DNA of 64,000 nucleotides, taken from assembly GCA_963845515.1 (NCBI GenBank), contig CAWJSR010000031.1:25659-89658 (forward strand), written 5' to 3'. Below, in pieces: positions 52,150 through 63,625 of this stretch; position 1 is the first letter of the stretch; each line of letters starts with the position of its first letter. Made by a program: the position numbers and the translations under genes. A model generated the notes under the pieces. It was not told the DNA's origin and did not search any database. It saw only the letters and a program-made list of their open reading frames with translations. The stretch is from an uncultured delta proteobacterium. Lineage in GTDB: Bacteria; Myxococcota; Myxococcia; Myxococcales; Anaeromyxobacteraceae.

Positions 52150-52874
52150 TCAGGGGAGTAGGTGGGCTGCCCACGTCCTGACTTCTTCCGCGAAAGCCAC
52201 AATGTCCGTGTTCGAGGGTGGCGGGCGGCGGAACATCTGGAAGTAGCAGTAGCGGAGCCCGGCCTCTTCATCGCCGAAGAGCCGGCCCACGAAGCGCCCA
52301 CCGGCGTCCCGAACGGTCTTGAGTTCGATTAGCCGTTGTCCCGGGAACACTCTTGACGCCAGGAATGGCGCCCACGCGGCGTGCGCGCCGAGAACAACGA
52401 TCAGCTTCTCCGGCGAGAACGCGCCCCCGTGCTCACGCTGGATGGCGTCGTGGCGCTCCGCCGAGTGACACCGCCTCATGTACTCGTGGGGCTTGAAGTC
52501 ATCCTCATCGGAAAGGAACTCGGGCCAGCGGTTCTGCTTCTTCTTCGCGATTGGGTAGTACTTGATGTTGCAGTTGTCTCGTACGTAGAGCTGGTCGTCT
52601 TGTACGACTCCCAGGCGCTCATGTCGGCACCCGCAAATGCCAACATGAGCTTGGGGATGTACTCACCCGGAAGCCCGAAGTACTCGTCGGGCAAGGGGGG
52701 CTTTGGCTCCCAGACCTGCTGGGCTTCCGGAGCACCGTAGTAGGCCTCGAACTGCTCGCGGCTTCGGAAGTCGCTGCCGTCCTCGATGGTGAGGAACACG
52801 ACTCTAGCGCTGAGGGGGCCGTCGCGGCGCACGAATCGGAGCAGGTCGTCCCTTGTGACTCTCTCTCGCGTCAT
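52150..52874 (-). CDS. Hypothetical protein (~241 aa), possible uracil-DNA-glycosylase-like fold; one frameshift ~52600
   Basis: Adding one A joins ORFs 52476-52931 and 52150-52479; GPLSARVVFLTIEDG and PEKLIVVLG. Confidence 0.55.
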
Positions 52875-52973
52875 CAATTGAGTCTCGATCCGCGCGGCAG
52901 CAGGTGGGGGCTGGGCGGGCTGAAGCCGCATGTCGCCGGCCAGAGTCGCCGCGTCCGATCCGCTTCTGGCAAC

Positions 52974-55145
52974 CTACGGCTTGGGATCGCTCGAAGCCGG
53001 AGGGTCTGTAGGGCTGGATGACCTCCTCGCGGGCCAAGCTGGAGCAGCTACCGTTGCGAGAAAAATCCCACCAATCGCGAGCGCCAGCGTCATCTTGCGG
53101 GGCCAGATGAGACACGCGGCAACGCTAAACGCGGAAACGGTTACCGCGACGGCGTTGAGCTGTGTTCCCCGGACGGTGGATCCATCCGTCCAACTGAGCC
53201 ACAGCCAGGCGACCCCGGCGAGAACCACGGTGCTCAGCGCTATTCGGAGTCCAAGCTTGAGCCGACGCCGGAAGCGCTTGGTGTCCTCCGCGCGCAGCGC
53301 GTCTCGTTGATCCGCTGCGAGCAGCGCCTTCCTGGCGTCATCCAACTCCTGGGCCAGCGCCTTCTCGCGGTCCTCGGTCGCCTTGAGCGCTACTGCGCTC
53401 CGCTGCTCTCTGGCCAGCGCTTCGTCGGCCCTCGTACTCTCCTCCTTTGCTCGGCGCGCTGCAGTGAGTCGCGCCTCGCGTTCGGAGTTCAACTCGGCCT
53501 GAAGGCGCTCGTCGACAAGTCTGGAAAGGTCAGCGCCGTCAGTCTTCTGGGCCGTCGATTCGGCAACACGACTCATGAATCCAGCATCGGCCACGATGTT
53601 TGCGAAGTGTTCTGCGCCAAGATTCTTGTACTGCGCTAGGCGAGTGGCGACCTGCTGCATCGCAGCAGTGTAGTTGGCGCGATGGGCCTGGAAGAGCGGG
53701 GAATGGAGACTCCGCACGAAGGTCTGGTCAAAGGCCTCAGACCTCGGAAGGACGGACCGAAGTAGTTGGTGAAGTTGTTCAACGAGAATCGTTGCTGGCG
53801 GCCGATTCTTGGGCCCGAGAGACCGTGCCTTGCGCATGAGCGCTGAGTGCGCGGTAAGGAACCAGAACTTCGCGGAACCGAATGTCCGAGCGTTTTGCGG
53901 GCGCAGCAGCTCTATGAGAGTCAAGTGGTACGCGTCATGCTCGGCCTGCTCAAAGGACACGGGCTTTCGACTCTGAGGGGGACGGCTGAGCTGGATCTCT
54001 TGGTAGTAGTCAAACAGGTCGCGTCCCAGCGCATCGACGTCGCTTCGCCTCTCTTCGACGGCCGCGGTCTTCTCCGTCCAGATCTTGACGCCAAACGCGT
54101 CCAGCGTTCTTGCGATGTTCCGGACTGATGCAAGCAGGTCCGACTCGGAAAGGCGCGCTCGCGCGAGTAGGTGGTGATACCCCATGAAGAACTCGTGGTC
54201 GCTCAGTCCGCTATCCAGCCCGAGTAGAGCCTCGGGAGCCACGAACTTGGCCCCCGACCTGATGGCATGAGCTGCGGCTGACTCGAACTCGTCGAGCGTT
54301 CGGTGAGTTACGCGAAGCGCGGCCTTGGCCTGACGCGCGGCATCCAGGACCCTTCGCACATCGATGTGTGCCGGGGGGCCTTGGATTCCCAAAAGCCGAA
54401 ACACGATGTTCGTGTCGAGGTAGAGGGTGAGTCCGGAGAGGTTGTCGAGGAGCAGCTTCCCTGCGGCCGGTGCGACGTTGAGCCGGCAGAGTTCGAACGT
54501 TCGGTCGAGCAAGTTGGACACAAATGCCGCGCGCGAACCGGTTGCCTGGACGAAGAAGGTGGGGAACTGCTCACGGCAGAACTTGCGATAGTCCGGTGCC
54601 CTGTCGGGAAGCTCAGTCCACGTGTCCGCATCAACATTGGACAGGAACTTTACGGCTTCGGACTGCTCCCCGTACGCAAGCACCACAGTCTCCATGCCGT
54701 GCTGAATGGCGACCTTGAGGAGGAAGTGCCGGAAGTCCGCCACGAGGTCGGATACTGCGATGGACGGCGATCCCTTCTCGGCCAATAGACGCTGAGCCCA
54801 CTCCTCAAGCACTGCGGCTTCCGCCGCCGAGGCGGTCTTGAGGCGGGCCAAGACCTCCTCGCGCTGGCTCGTCGCGATAATGAGGAAGGGGGGCTCGTGC
54901 GACGTGACGGTGATCCCGAGGCTCGGGTCCTTCGCGCAGCGGCGGAGCTCCAGCGAGTCGAACCTCAGTCCGGTTGCGCGCTCAAGTTCGAGGGCAGCCG
55001 CCCCAACGCTCATTCCGCCGGTAGGCCCTTCGGCGAGCACGGCCTGAAGGAGTGAGCCAACGACTAGGTCCGTCGGGACGTTCGCCTCCAAACCGTACGC
55101 GGCAAGGAACCGCGTCGCGAGGCGGGGATCAACCTTTTCCGACAT
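52974..55145 (-). CDS. PIN-like domain protein with coiled coil and C-terminal TM helices
   Basis: LYLDTNIVF, TLDEF, AEHDAY, FWFLT; coiled coil; two hydrophobic C-terminal segments. Confidence 0.75.
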   Translation of the reverse strand: MSEKVDPRLATRFLAAYGLEANVPTDLVVGSLLQAVLAEGPTGGMSVGAAALELERATGLRFDSLELRRCAKDPSLGITVTSHEPPFLIIATSQREEVLARLKTASAAEAAVLEEWAQRLLAEKGSPSIAVSDLVADFRHFLLKVAIQHGMETVVLAYGEQSEAVKFLSNVDADTWTELPDRAPDYRKFCREQFPTFFVQATGSRAAFVSNLLDRTFELCRLNVAPAAGKLLLDNLSGLTLYLDTNIVFRLLGIQGPPAHIDVRRVLDAARQAKAALRVTHRTLDEFESAAAHAIRSGAKFVAPEALLGLDSGLSDHEFFMGYHHLLARARLSESDLLASVRNIARTLDAFGVKIWTEKTAAVEERRSDVDALGRDLFDYYQEIQLSRPPQSRKPVSFEQAEHDAYHLTLIELLRPQNARTFGSAKFWFLTAHSALMRKARSLGPKNRPPATILVEQLHQLLRSVLPRSEAFDQTFVRSLHSPLFQAHRANYTAAMQQVATRLAQYKNLGAEHFANIVADAGFMSRVAESTAQKTDGADLSRLVDERLQAELNSEREARLTAARRAKEESTRADEALAREQRSAVALKATEDREKALAQELDDARKALLAADQRDALRAEDTKRFRRRLKLGLRIALSTVVLAGVAWLWLSWTDGSTVRGTQLNAVAVTVSAFSVAACLIWPRKMTLALAIGGIFLATVAAPAWPARRSSSPTDPPASSDPKP

Positions 55146-55289
55146 GCACCCTCCCGACAAATCCTCGGACAGACGCGGGGCGTCAGTCTCGTGAGGCTAC
55201 AGAGTCTCGGTTGCTATGCCACCCATAGCATCTGGGTCTGACTGTCGGTGTTAAGAGTCCGCGGATGCCCTCCCATCCAACGGAAAGCC

Positions 55290-58200
55290 TCACTCCCTGA
55301 CGGGGAGGTCCGCGCCCCTGAGGTCGCCATGGACCTTCTTCACGAGGTAGTCGGTGAGCACCGCCCTGAACTCAGAGTCGTTGAGGAACCGCGCCGCGAT
55401 GTCGGCGTTCTTGTCCATTCGGTCGACGAACGCGCCCTCGATCTTGCCCTTTCACCGCGAGCGCGAAGTTGTCGAGCGGGTTCACGCTGGCGTGCTGCTG
55501 AACGGTCTCGTCGGCCTTGAGCTCCTCGGCCACCGAGTCGATGGCGAGCTGGTCGGCCTTCTTGAAGTCGGTGCCGAACCGGTCGTTCAGGATCTCGATG
55601 ATCTCGGAGAGCTTCACCTCCTCCGACTCCGCCCGCCTCGTCCCGGCCTCGGTGGGACCGTAGACGGGCGCTTCCTCGCCGGCCTTGAGCGCGATGGTGC
55701 CGTCGCGGACGAGGTCGAGGCGGTAGTAGGCGAGCACCGTCTCGGCATCGAGCTTGAGCGGCGCCTTCCTCGGGTCGCGGCGGGAGCCTCGTCTCCAGGA
55801 ACCGGCCGAACGTGTAGAGCTTCTCCAGGTCGGGGTCGGTGAACGGCAGGATCTGCGAGAGGAAGGCGTACAGCCGCACGTAGGCGCCGAGCGCGACGCG
55901 GAACTCGTCCTGCGTCTCCCGGTCGAGCGCCTTGAAGCGGTCCACGGCCGGGTCGAGGTGCCTGTACATCTCGGCGTGGTCCGCCGTCGTCTGGGTCTTC
56001 TTCGGCTTGTAGAAGACCTTGCAGAACGCCTCGACCTCGGACGCGAAGAAGACCTGGGGCGCTTCGAGCTGGTGCTGGAGCTTGTAGAGGTTCTGGGCGT
56101 CGGCGGTCTCGGAGACGGTCGTCTGCTCGTAGTAGGGCTGGAACGAGCGCCGGATCTCCTCCTCGTCGTTCACGAAGTCGAGGACGAAGGTGTCCTCCTT
56201 GCCTCGGCACGGTCCGGTTCAGGCGGGAGAGCGTCTGGACGGCCTGCACGCCGGCGAGCCGCTTGTCGACGTACATCGTGTGGAGCAGCGGCTGGTCGAA
56301 GCCGGTCTGGTACTTGTTGGCGACGAGCAGGACGTTGAAGGCGTCGGAGGCGAACGCGCCCGGGAGCTGCTTCTCGCCGATGCCCTCGTTCATGCCCGGC
56401 TCGGTGTAGCTCGTACCCGGCGACATCGGGGTCCTCGACCGTCCCCGAGAAGGCGACGAGCGACGCCGACGTCCTTGTAGCCCTTCTCCGCGATGTACTT
56501 GTCGAACGCCTGCCGGTAGCGGACGGCGTGGAGGCGGGAGGCGGTCACCACCATCGCCTTCGCCTTGCCGCCGATCTTGTGCTTCACCCGGCCGCGGAAG
56601 TGCTCGACCATCACCTCGGTCTTCTGCGCGATGTTGTGGGGGTGGAGCGACACGAACCGGGCGAGCTGCGCCGCGGTCTCCCGCTTCGGGACCTTGGGGT
56701 CGCTCGGCGCTCGCCTTCAGCAGCTTCCAGTAGGTCTTGTAGGTCGTGTAGTTCTTGAGGACGTCGAGGATGAACTCCTCCTCGATGGCCTGACGCATCG
56801 AGTAGAGGTGGAACGGGCGCGGCTTGCCGTCCTCGTCCTTGCGGCCGAAGACCTCCAGCGTCTTCGCCTTGGGCGTCGCGGTGAAGGCGAAGAAGGACAG
56901 GTTCTTCTGCCGGCCGCGTGACTCCATGACCTTCTGGAGCACGTCCTCGGCGTCGTCCTCCTGGGTCGCGGCCTCGTTCGCGGTCTCCGCCTCGGCCGCC
57001 GCGAGCTTCGCCTCCTCGGCGTCGTCGCCTCGATGCGCGGGTGCGGAGGACCTCCTTCAGCTTCGCCGCCGACTCGCCGCCCTGGGAGCTGTGCGCCTCG
57101 TCCACGATGACCGCGTAGGCGCGGTCGGGGAGCGCGCTGATCTTCTGCGCCGCGACCGGGAACTTCTGGAGCGTCGTGACGATGATGGGCACGCCCTTCT
57201 CCAGGGCGTCCGCGAGCTGCTTCGAGTCCTGGTCGATGTCCTGGACCACGCCCGTGCGTGTGGTCGAACTGGTAGATCGTGTTCTGGAGTTGCGCGTCGA
57301 GGACACGGCGGTCGGTCACCACGACGACCGAGTGGAAGACCCGCGCGTCGTCCCGGTGCAGCTCGGCGAGCCGGTACGCGAGCCAGGCGATGCTGTTCGA
57401 CTTGCCGCTGCCGGCGGAGTGCTGGACGAGGTAGTTGTGGCCCGGTCCCTCGGCACGCGCCGCGACCTCCAGCTTCCGCACCGCGTCGAGCTGGTGGTAC
57501 CGCGGGAAGATCATCGTCTCGACGGTCTCGTCCTTGCCGTCGACGACCTGCTCCTCGTCCTGGAGGTGGATGAAGCGGCGCGAGGATGTCGAGGAAGCTG
57601 TCGCGCTCCCAGACCTCGCTCCCAGAGGTAGCTCGTCTTGTATTCCCGGGGGTCGACCTCGGGGTTCCCCGCCGCCGGTGCCGTTCCCCTTGTTGAAGGG
57701 CAGGAAGAAGGTGTCCTTCCCCCGGAGCTCCGTCGCCATGTAGACGACGTCGGGATCGACGGCGAAGTGGACCAGCGCCCGCTTCTTGAACTGGAAGATG
57801 GGGAGCCGTGGGTCGCGGTCGTTCTTGTACTGCTCGATGGCGTGCTGGACGTTCTGCGCCGGTGAGCGGGTTCTTCAGCTCGACCGTGGCGATGGGAAGC
57901 CCGTTCAGCGACAGCACCATGTCGAGCGACTTCTCGCTCGCGGGATCGAACTTCACCTGGCGCGTCACGGTGAGCCGGTTCCGGGCGTAGCTTCTGCCAC
58001 GAGGTCCGGGTTGAGGCCGTGGCTCGGCTTGAACGCCGCCACGCGGAGCCACTTGCCCATGAAACCGAAGCCGTGCCGGAGGACGTCGAGCATCCCCTGG
58101 TGTGTCGAGCGCCTCGACGAGCCACTCGATGACCGTCTTCTCGAGGCCGTCGCCGTGCTGCGCTTCAGTTCCGCCCACGTGGCTCGGCTGCGTGTCGGCG

Positions 58201-58339
58201 ATGAAGCGGATGACCTCGGCCGCGTCGAGGGCGAGCGCGCGGTCGAAGTGGTCGGGGTTGCCCTTGTGCCACCCGTGACCGAGGAGGTGCTCCTCGATGG
58301 CGTTCTCGAAGGCGCGCTCGATGTGCTGTGCGGCGCCAT
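55290..58339 (-). CDS. hsdR: Type I restriction endonuclease subunit R, many indels
   Basis: ELKNPLT, PRYHQ, QHSAGSGKSN, VDEAHSSQ, FTATP, NKYQTGFDQP, VQTLSRLNR. Confidence 0.95.
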
Positions 58340-59662
58340 CAGGCGGCCTCCTGGGCGGCGACGTCGAGCTGACCGGTGACCGCGGCGGTGATGAGGGCCT
58401 GGCGGTACTCGCGCAGCTTCCCGATCTGCGCGTCGATGGCGGTCGCTCCGGCGTCGATTCCGACGACGAGTCGGCGGACGTGACTCGACGATGGCGTCCT
58501 GCTCTCCGAGCGGCGGCACCGGGGTCACGAACGCGAGCGACGTCTGGCATGTAGATCGTCTGGTGCGTGGACCCCATCGTGAGGCGTCGGAACTCAGTCG
58601 CGCATCGCGCGAAACACGTACAGCAGGTATGAGGGGCCGTATCCGGGCGCCACAGATCGCAGTTCACGAAGTCCTGCGTCGGTCGCCATCGGCTCGGCGA
58701 TGACCGCTGAGAAGCCCACGGACGCGGTTCGCGAGACGACGACCGTCTCTGCCGGCAGCACACGGGCCGCCGAGTTGCGCGATACCGAGGGCTCACCTTC
58801 TCGGCACGTATCTCGGATCACGTCCGACGCGCCTTCACGGAGTCTGCCAGACGTCGGCCGAGCGACACCCACGGGATCGTGCATTCCTCCGGAACCCAGT
58901 ATTCCGGATGCTGCCGACTCGGCGTATGGCCGGACTCCAGCCTCGCCACCTGGCGGGTCCGCGTACGCCCAGTGCGGAAGGAACGCGGGCCAACCACTGG
59001 TGTCCCGAGTCCTTCAGACGCGTGCCAGCAGCGACGCCCTTCGTCACGGCCGTGCAGATCGCAGCGTGGCGGCGCTCCTCGGGTGCAGCGCGAGCAGTCG
59101 CTCCTTCTTCTCGATGAGCGCGTCGATGGCGGCCGTCTTGCGGTCGAGGAAGTCGGCGATGGCGCGCTGCTGCGGCCGGGGCGGCACCGGGATCGCACGT
59201 CGGAGTCTGGCGATGCGATCGACAGCTAGGCCCGGTCTGAGCAGCCGAACACGGAGTACTGGTTCGAGGTTGAGGGACTCGTGGAGCAGCGTACGCAGAC
59301 CCACCGCGGTCCGTGTCGCGGCCATCGGACGTCGCACACGACGGCGTGCTCTGGATGCCCAGAAGCGACCCGGACGCGAGTCGTACGCTCGCCGCAGAGT
59401 GCGCCCGACGCCGACGAGGACGATACGTCCTCGGAATGCGTCGCAGCGTACTGCGGTGGCAACCCCGCAGCTCGTTACCCGTCCGTACACGGGAATGACC
59501 CGGCATCGTGCGATGTCCTCCGACGTGATGCCCGGAGCCGCTGCGCATGGCGAGCAGGCTGCTTCGAGCCGCATGCGACTGACCACGGCTCCGCTGCCCA
59601 GTGGCGCGGATGCCCATGCGCCCACGACAGTCGACCGATGGCGCTGGTCGGGTCGCGTTCAC
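58339..59662 (-). CDS. hsdS: Type I restriction specificity subunit S, heavily corrupted
   Basis: QRAIADFLDRKTAAIDALIEKK, SGHTPSRQHPEYW, SRTASVG, EYRQALITAAVTGQ. Confidence 0.88.
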
Positions 59663-61747
59663 CGAAGCACCTCGCCCAGCATCCCCTGGATCTCCTGCTC
59701 CAGCTTCCGGATGTCCGCCTCGATCTCCGCGAGCGGCCGCAGCGGCGTGTACTTGTAGAAGTGCCGCGTGAATGGGATCTCGTACCCGTCCCTCGTCTTC
59801 GTCTCGTCGACCCAGGCGTCGGGGACGTGCGGCTTCACCTCCCGCTCGAAGTAGGCCTGCGATGTCCTCCTTGCGCGGCACGTTCTCGTTGTCGCGCAGG
59901 TCGGCGTCGGGCTCCGGGCTTGCCGTCGGCGTCGACGGCAGATCTCGGCCGTCTCGTCCCGCTCGCCGAGCGCGGCGAGGATCGCCTTCCGCACCGGCGC
60001 GGGCACCTTCGCCGACCGTGGCTGAGCGCGGCGTCGAGCGCCTCCTCGAACGTCGCCGCGGCTCTTCCAGACGCGCGTCTGCGCCGAGCCGCTGCCGAGC
60101 GCCGCCAGGATCTGCGTCCTGGAGCGTCGCGCCCCTCGGCGACCTCCTGCTCGCCGGCCTTCCCCTTCTTCTTCGTGCGGGCGAGGTTCTGGAACGCGGT
60201 CTCCTCCTTGAGCCGGGCGATGCCGCTCGGGCGACGCCTGGAAGTTCAGCCGCAGCGGCCGCTCCACCACGATGCGCCGGTAGCCGAAGTCGTCGTTGTC
60301 GAAGATCTTGCGACCGCTCGCTCTCCTTGAACTCGCCGTAGAGCTTCACGATCTCGTCGATGTTCGCCTGCGAGAGCTCGTTCCGCTTGTTGCCGAGGCG
60401 ACTTCCGCATCTTCTGGAAGAGGTCGACGGCGTTGATGAGCTGGACCTTGCCCTTGCGCGCCTTCGGCTTCCGGTTCGTGACCACCCAGACGTAGGTGCT
60501 GATGCCGGTGTTGTAGAAGAGCTGGTCGGGCAGGCCGACGATGGCCTCCAGCCAGTCGTTCTCGATGATCCAGCGGCGGATCTCGCTCTCGCCGGAGCCC
60601 GCGTCGCCCGAGAACAGCGGCGAGCCGTTGAAGACGATGGCGAGGCGGCTGCCGCCGTCCTTCACCGGCTTCATCTTCGAGATCATGTGCAGCAGGAAGA
60701 GCGTCGAGCCGTCGCTGATGCGCGGCAGGCCGGGGCCGAACCGGCCGGCGTAGCCCTGCGTCTCGTGCTCCTCCTCGATGACCTGCTGGACCTGCTTCCA
60801 GTCGACGCCGAAGGGCGGGTTCGAGAGCAGGTAGTCGTACCGCTCGTCCGCGTGGCCGTCCTCGGTGAAGCTGTTGCCGGGCGTGATGTTCGCGGGGTTC
60901 TGCCCCTTGATCATCATGTCGGCCTTGCAGATGGCGAAGGACTCGTCGTTCAGCTCCTGGCCGAACACCTCCAGCCGCGCCTGCGGGTTCAGCTCGCGCA
61001 GGTACTCCTCGGCGACGGAGAGCATGCCGCCCGTGCCGCAGGCCGGGTCGTAGAGCGAGCGCACGATGCCGGCCTTCCGGAGCGCGTCGTCGTCCTCGAC
61101 GAAGAGGAGGTCCACCATGAGGCGGATCACCTCGCGCGGCGTGAAGTGCTCGCCGGCGGTCTCGTTCGACTGCTCGGAGAAGCGGCGGATGAGCTCCTCG
61201 AAGACGAGCCCCATCATGTGGTTCGGGACCGTGTCCGGGTGGAGGTCCACCTCGGCGAACCGCTGGAAGACGAGGTAGAGCAGGTTGTCGCGGGCGAGCT
61301 TCTCGATGTGCTTCGCGAACTCGAACCGCTCGAGGAAGATGTCGCGGACGTCCGGCGAGAAGCCCTTGATGTAGGCGAGCAGGTTCGGCCCGATGTGGTT
61401 CGGGTCGCCCTTGAGCTTCTCGAAGTCGAGCTTCGAGACGTTGTGGAAGGGGACCCCCGTGATGCGGTTCAGGACGGGTCCGAGGTTCTGTCGACCTTGC
61501 CGCCCTTCATCGCCTCGGCCTTCGCGAGGACCTTCGCCTTGGTGGGCTCGAGCACGCAGTCGAGGCGGCGCAGGACCGTCATCGGCAGGATGACCTTGCC
61601 GTAGTCGGCCTGCTTGTAGGCGCCGCGGAGGAGGTCCGCGACCGACCAGAGGAAGTTGGCGATCTCGCCGAAGGAAGCGAAGGTTCGACCGTTGGAAGAA
61701 GGGGTGGCCGGGGTCTCGTTGGCGGGCTTCCGGGGAGGGGTGGCCAT
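59659..61747 (-). CDS. hsdM: Type I restriction methyltransferase subunit M, several indels
   Basis: [46 protein letters not shown]. Confidence 0.96.
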
Positions 61748-61854
61748 GGACGGCCATCCTACCCGACCGAAGGACGAAGGGAGGCGTTCGGGGACTCTGG
61801 GTGACGTCGGTTGCCCGCCCATGTCGGTGCCGCGCGTATGCTTGGACACCTGCC

Positions 61855-62271
61855 ATGCCGACCCCGCGCGCCGGGCCCCTCATCACCCACGGCCTCATCA
61901 TCCAGAAGGAGCCGCTCGACAAGATCCTCGCGCGCCGGAAGGTCTGGGAGATGCGGGGCTCGAGCACGACGCGCCGCGGCCCAATCGCGCTCATCGAGAG
62001 CGGCTCTGGTTCTGTCGTCGGCGTCTGCGAGCTCGTCGACGTCGTCGGACCGCTTTCGCTGGCGGAGCTGCGACGCAACGCTCGCAGGGCCGGGTTCAAG
62101 GCGACGAGCCTGTACTACGAGCGCACCCACGCCTGGGTCATCAAGAACGCCCGGCGGCTGCCGAGGCCGGTGCCGTACCGACACCGGCGGGGCGTCGTGA
62201 TCTGGGTGCGGCTAACTCGCGCCGTTTCTGCTCGACTCGGCGCTCCCCGGCGGACGGGGACTCCACGATGA
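61855..62271 (+). CDS. ASCH domain protein
   Basis: [23 protein letters not shown]...RGPIALI...[22 protein letters not shown]. Confidence 0.85.
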   Translation: MPTPRAGPLITHGLIIQKEPLDKILARRKVWEMRGSSTTRRGPIALIESGSGSVVGVCELVDVVGPLSLAELRRNARRAGFKATSLYYERTHAWVIKNARRLPRPVPYRHRRGVVIWVRLTRAVSARLGAPRRTGTPR

Positions 62272-62311
62272 ATCGCCGACCGAAAGAGCTGACCTGCACG
62301 GAGGATGCGCG

Positions 62312-63625
62312 ATGACCACGCCCCTCGATGAGGTTCTCTGCGCCGCGCGCGACCTGATAAAGACAGCGTGCGCCGTCACTTCGTCAACGCCCGTCCCTGT
62401 ACGCCAGCGCCAGTCCATCTCGAGGACGCAGTGGGGCTACAGCTGTTCCACGGCCGACGACGTCCCCGTTTGGACGGACTACACGATGGTGGCGCTGGGC
62501 AACGTCGTTGTTAGGCGAGCCGCGGAGCGACTGGGAAGCGTGCTTCTGGCGAATCCTTCCGTTTGGACCGTCCTCCTGCCGCGAACTCACCCTGACAAGG
62601 TTCCGGCAACCGGAGCCGAGGCGTGGATGGGCACGCCGGTCGGCAGCTCTATCCTCAACCGGTACTACGCAAATGCACGCAGCGGGGCTTATGCCGAAGC
62701 CGCTGCGGACCTTGCTGTCGCCGTGATCCCTGCTGCGCTGAAGCGCAGCGCTGCGCGACGACTGCTTTGGGCCCCCATCCATGGGGTCGCACTGCCCGTC
62801 CCAGAATTCAGGTTGGCGGATGACACGGCGATCCGTGAACTCTCGGACGCAGACGTCGCCGACATTCAATCGGATCCTGACATTCGCTTCGCCGGCCACG
62901 AAGAGCGCCATGCAATGGAACTGCGGGCGGTTGTGCTCCATGAGTACGCTGTTCCGCTGTCGGGCCCACTCGACACGTCGCCCGCTCTGCGGCGAGTGGA
63001 AGCGCTCGTCACAACCATGCGGCTGCTAACGGGCCACAGGGCGACCCTCTTCTCATGGAGCGACTACAGCCTCGATCCCTTCCTCGACGCCACGTCTTCC
63101 TTGCTGGCGGCGCCGGAGAGACCCATGCCGGCAGACGGGCCGCCGCTTGTTCTATCGGCGCAGCTCCTCGACTCGGTCAGGGCTACGTGGCCCGCCGTGC
63201 AGAGTGTCGCGCAGAACCATCCGAACCTCGCGCTGGCGCTAAAGCGGTTTGACTCCTCGATGACGCGATCGCCCGCAGCAGATCGCCTCCTGGACGCGTG
63301 GATCGGACTGGAGGCTCTCTTCCTGTCAGAGTCGAACGCAGAGCTGTCGTACCGAGCGAGCATTCGTATTCCGGCGTATCTGGGAGGCAGCACCGATGAG
63401 CGGCTCGCCTGCCACAAGATGGTCAAGGACTCGTACAGCCTCCGGTCGAAGATCGTTCACGGCAACCCCGCCTCGGCGAAGCTTCGGCAGGAGCAGACAC
63501 AGCTAGTCGAAGTGACAGTCGATCTCTTGCGTCGATCACTACTTCGGGCGGTGACAGAAGGCGGGTTGGATGCAGCCGCGATCGATCGCCGCCTTCTCTG
63601 CGGGCCTGAGGCGGGAATGCGATGA
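62312..63625 (+). CDS. ApeA-like HEPN domain protein
   Basis: AWIGLEALF, ELSYR, YSLRSKIVHG (R-X4-H). Confidence 0.85.
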   Translation: MTTPLDEVLCAARDLIKTACAVTSSTPVPVRQRQSISRTQWGYSCSTADDVPVWTDYTMVALGNVVVRRAAERLGSVLLANPSVWTVLLPRTHPDKVPATGAEAWMGTPVGSSILNRYYANARSGAYAEAAADLAVAVIPAALKRSAARRLLWAPIHGVALPVPEFRLADDTAIRELSDADVADIQSDPDIRFAGHEERHAMELRAVVLHEYAVPLSGPLDTSPALRRVEALVTTMRLLTGHRATLFSWSDYSLDPFLDATSSLLAAPERPMPADGPPLVLSAQLLDSVRATWPAVQSVAQNHPNLALALKRFDSSMTRSPAADRLLDAWIGLEALFLSESNAELSYRASIRIPAYLGGSTDERLACHKMVKDSYSLRSKIVHGNPASAKLRQEQTQLVEVTVDLLRRSLLRAVTEGGLDAAAIDRRLLCGPEAGMR

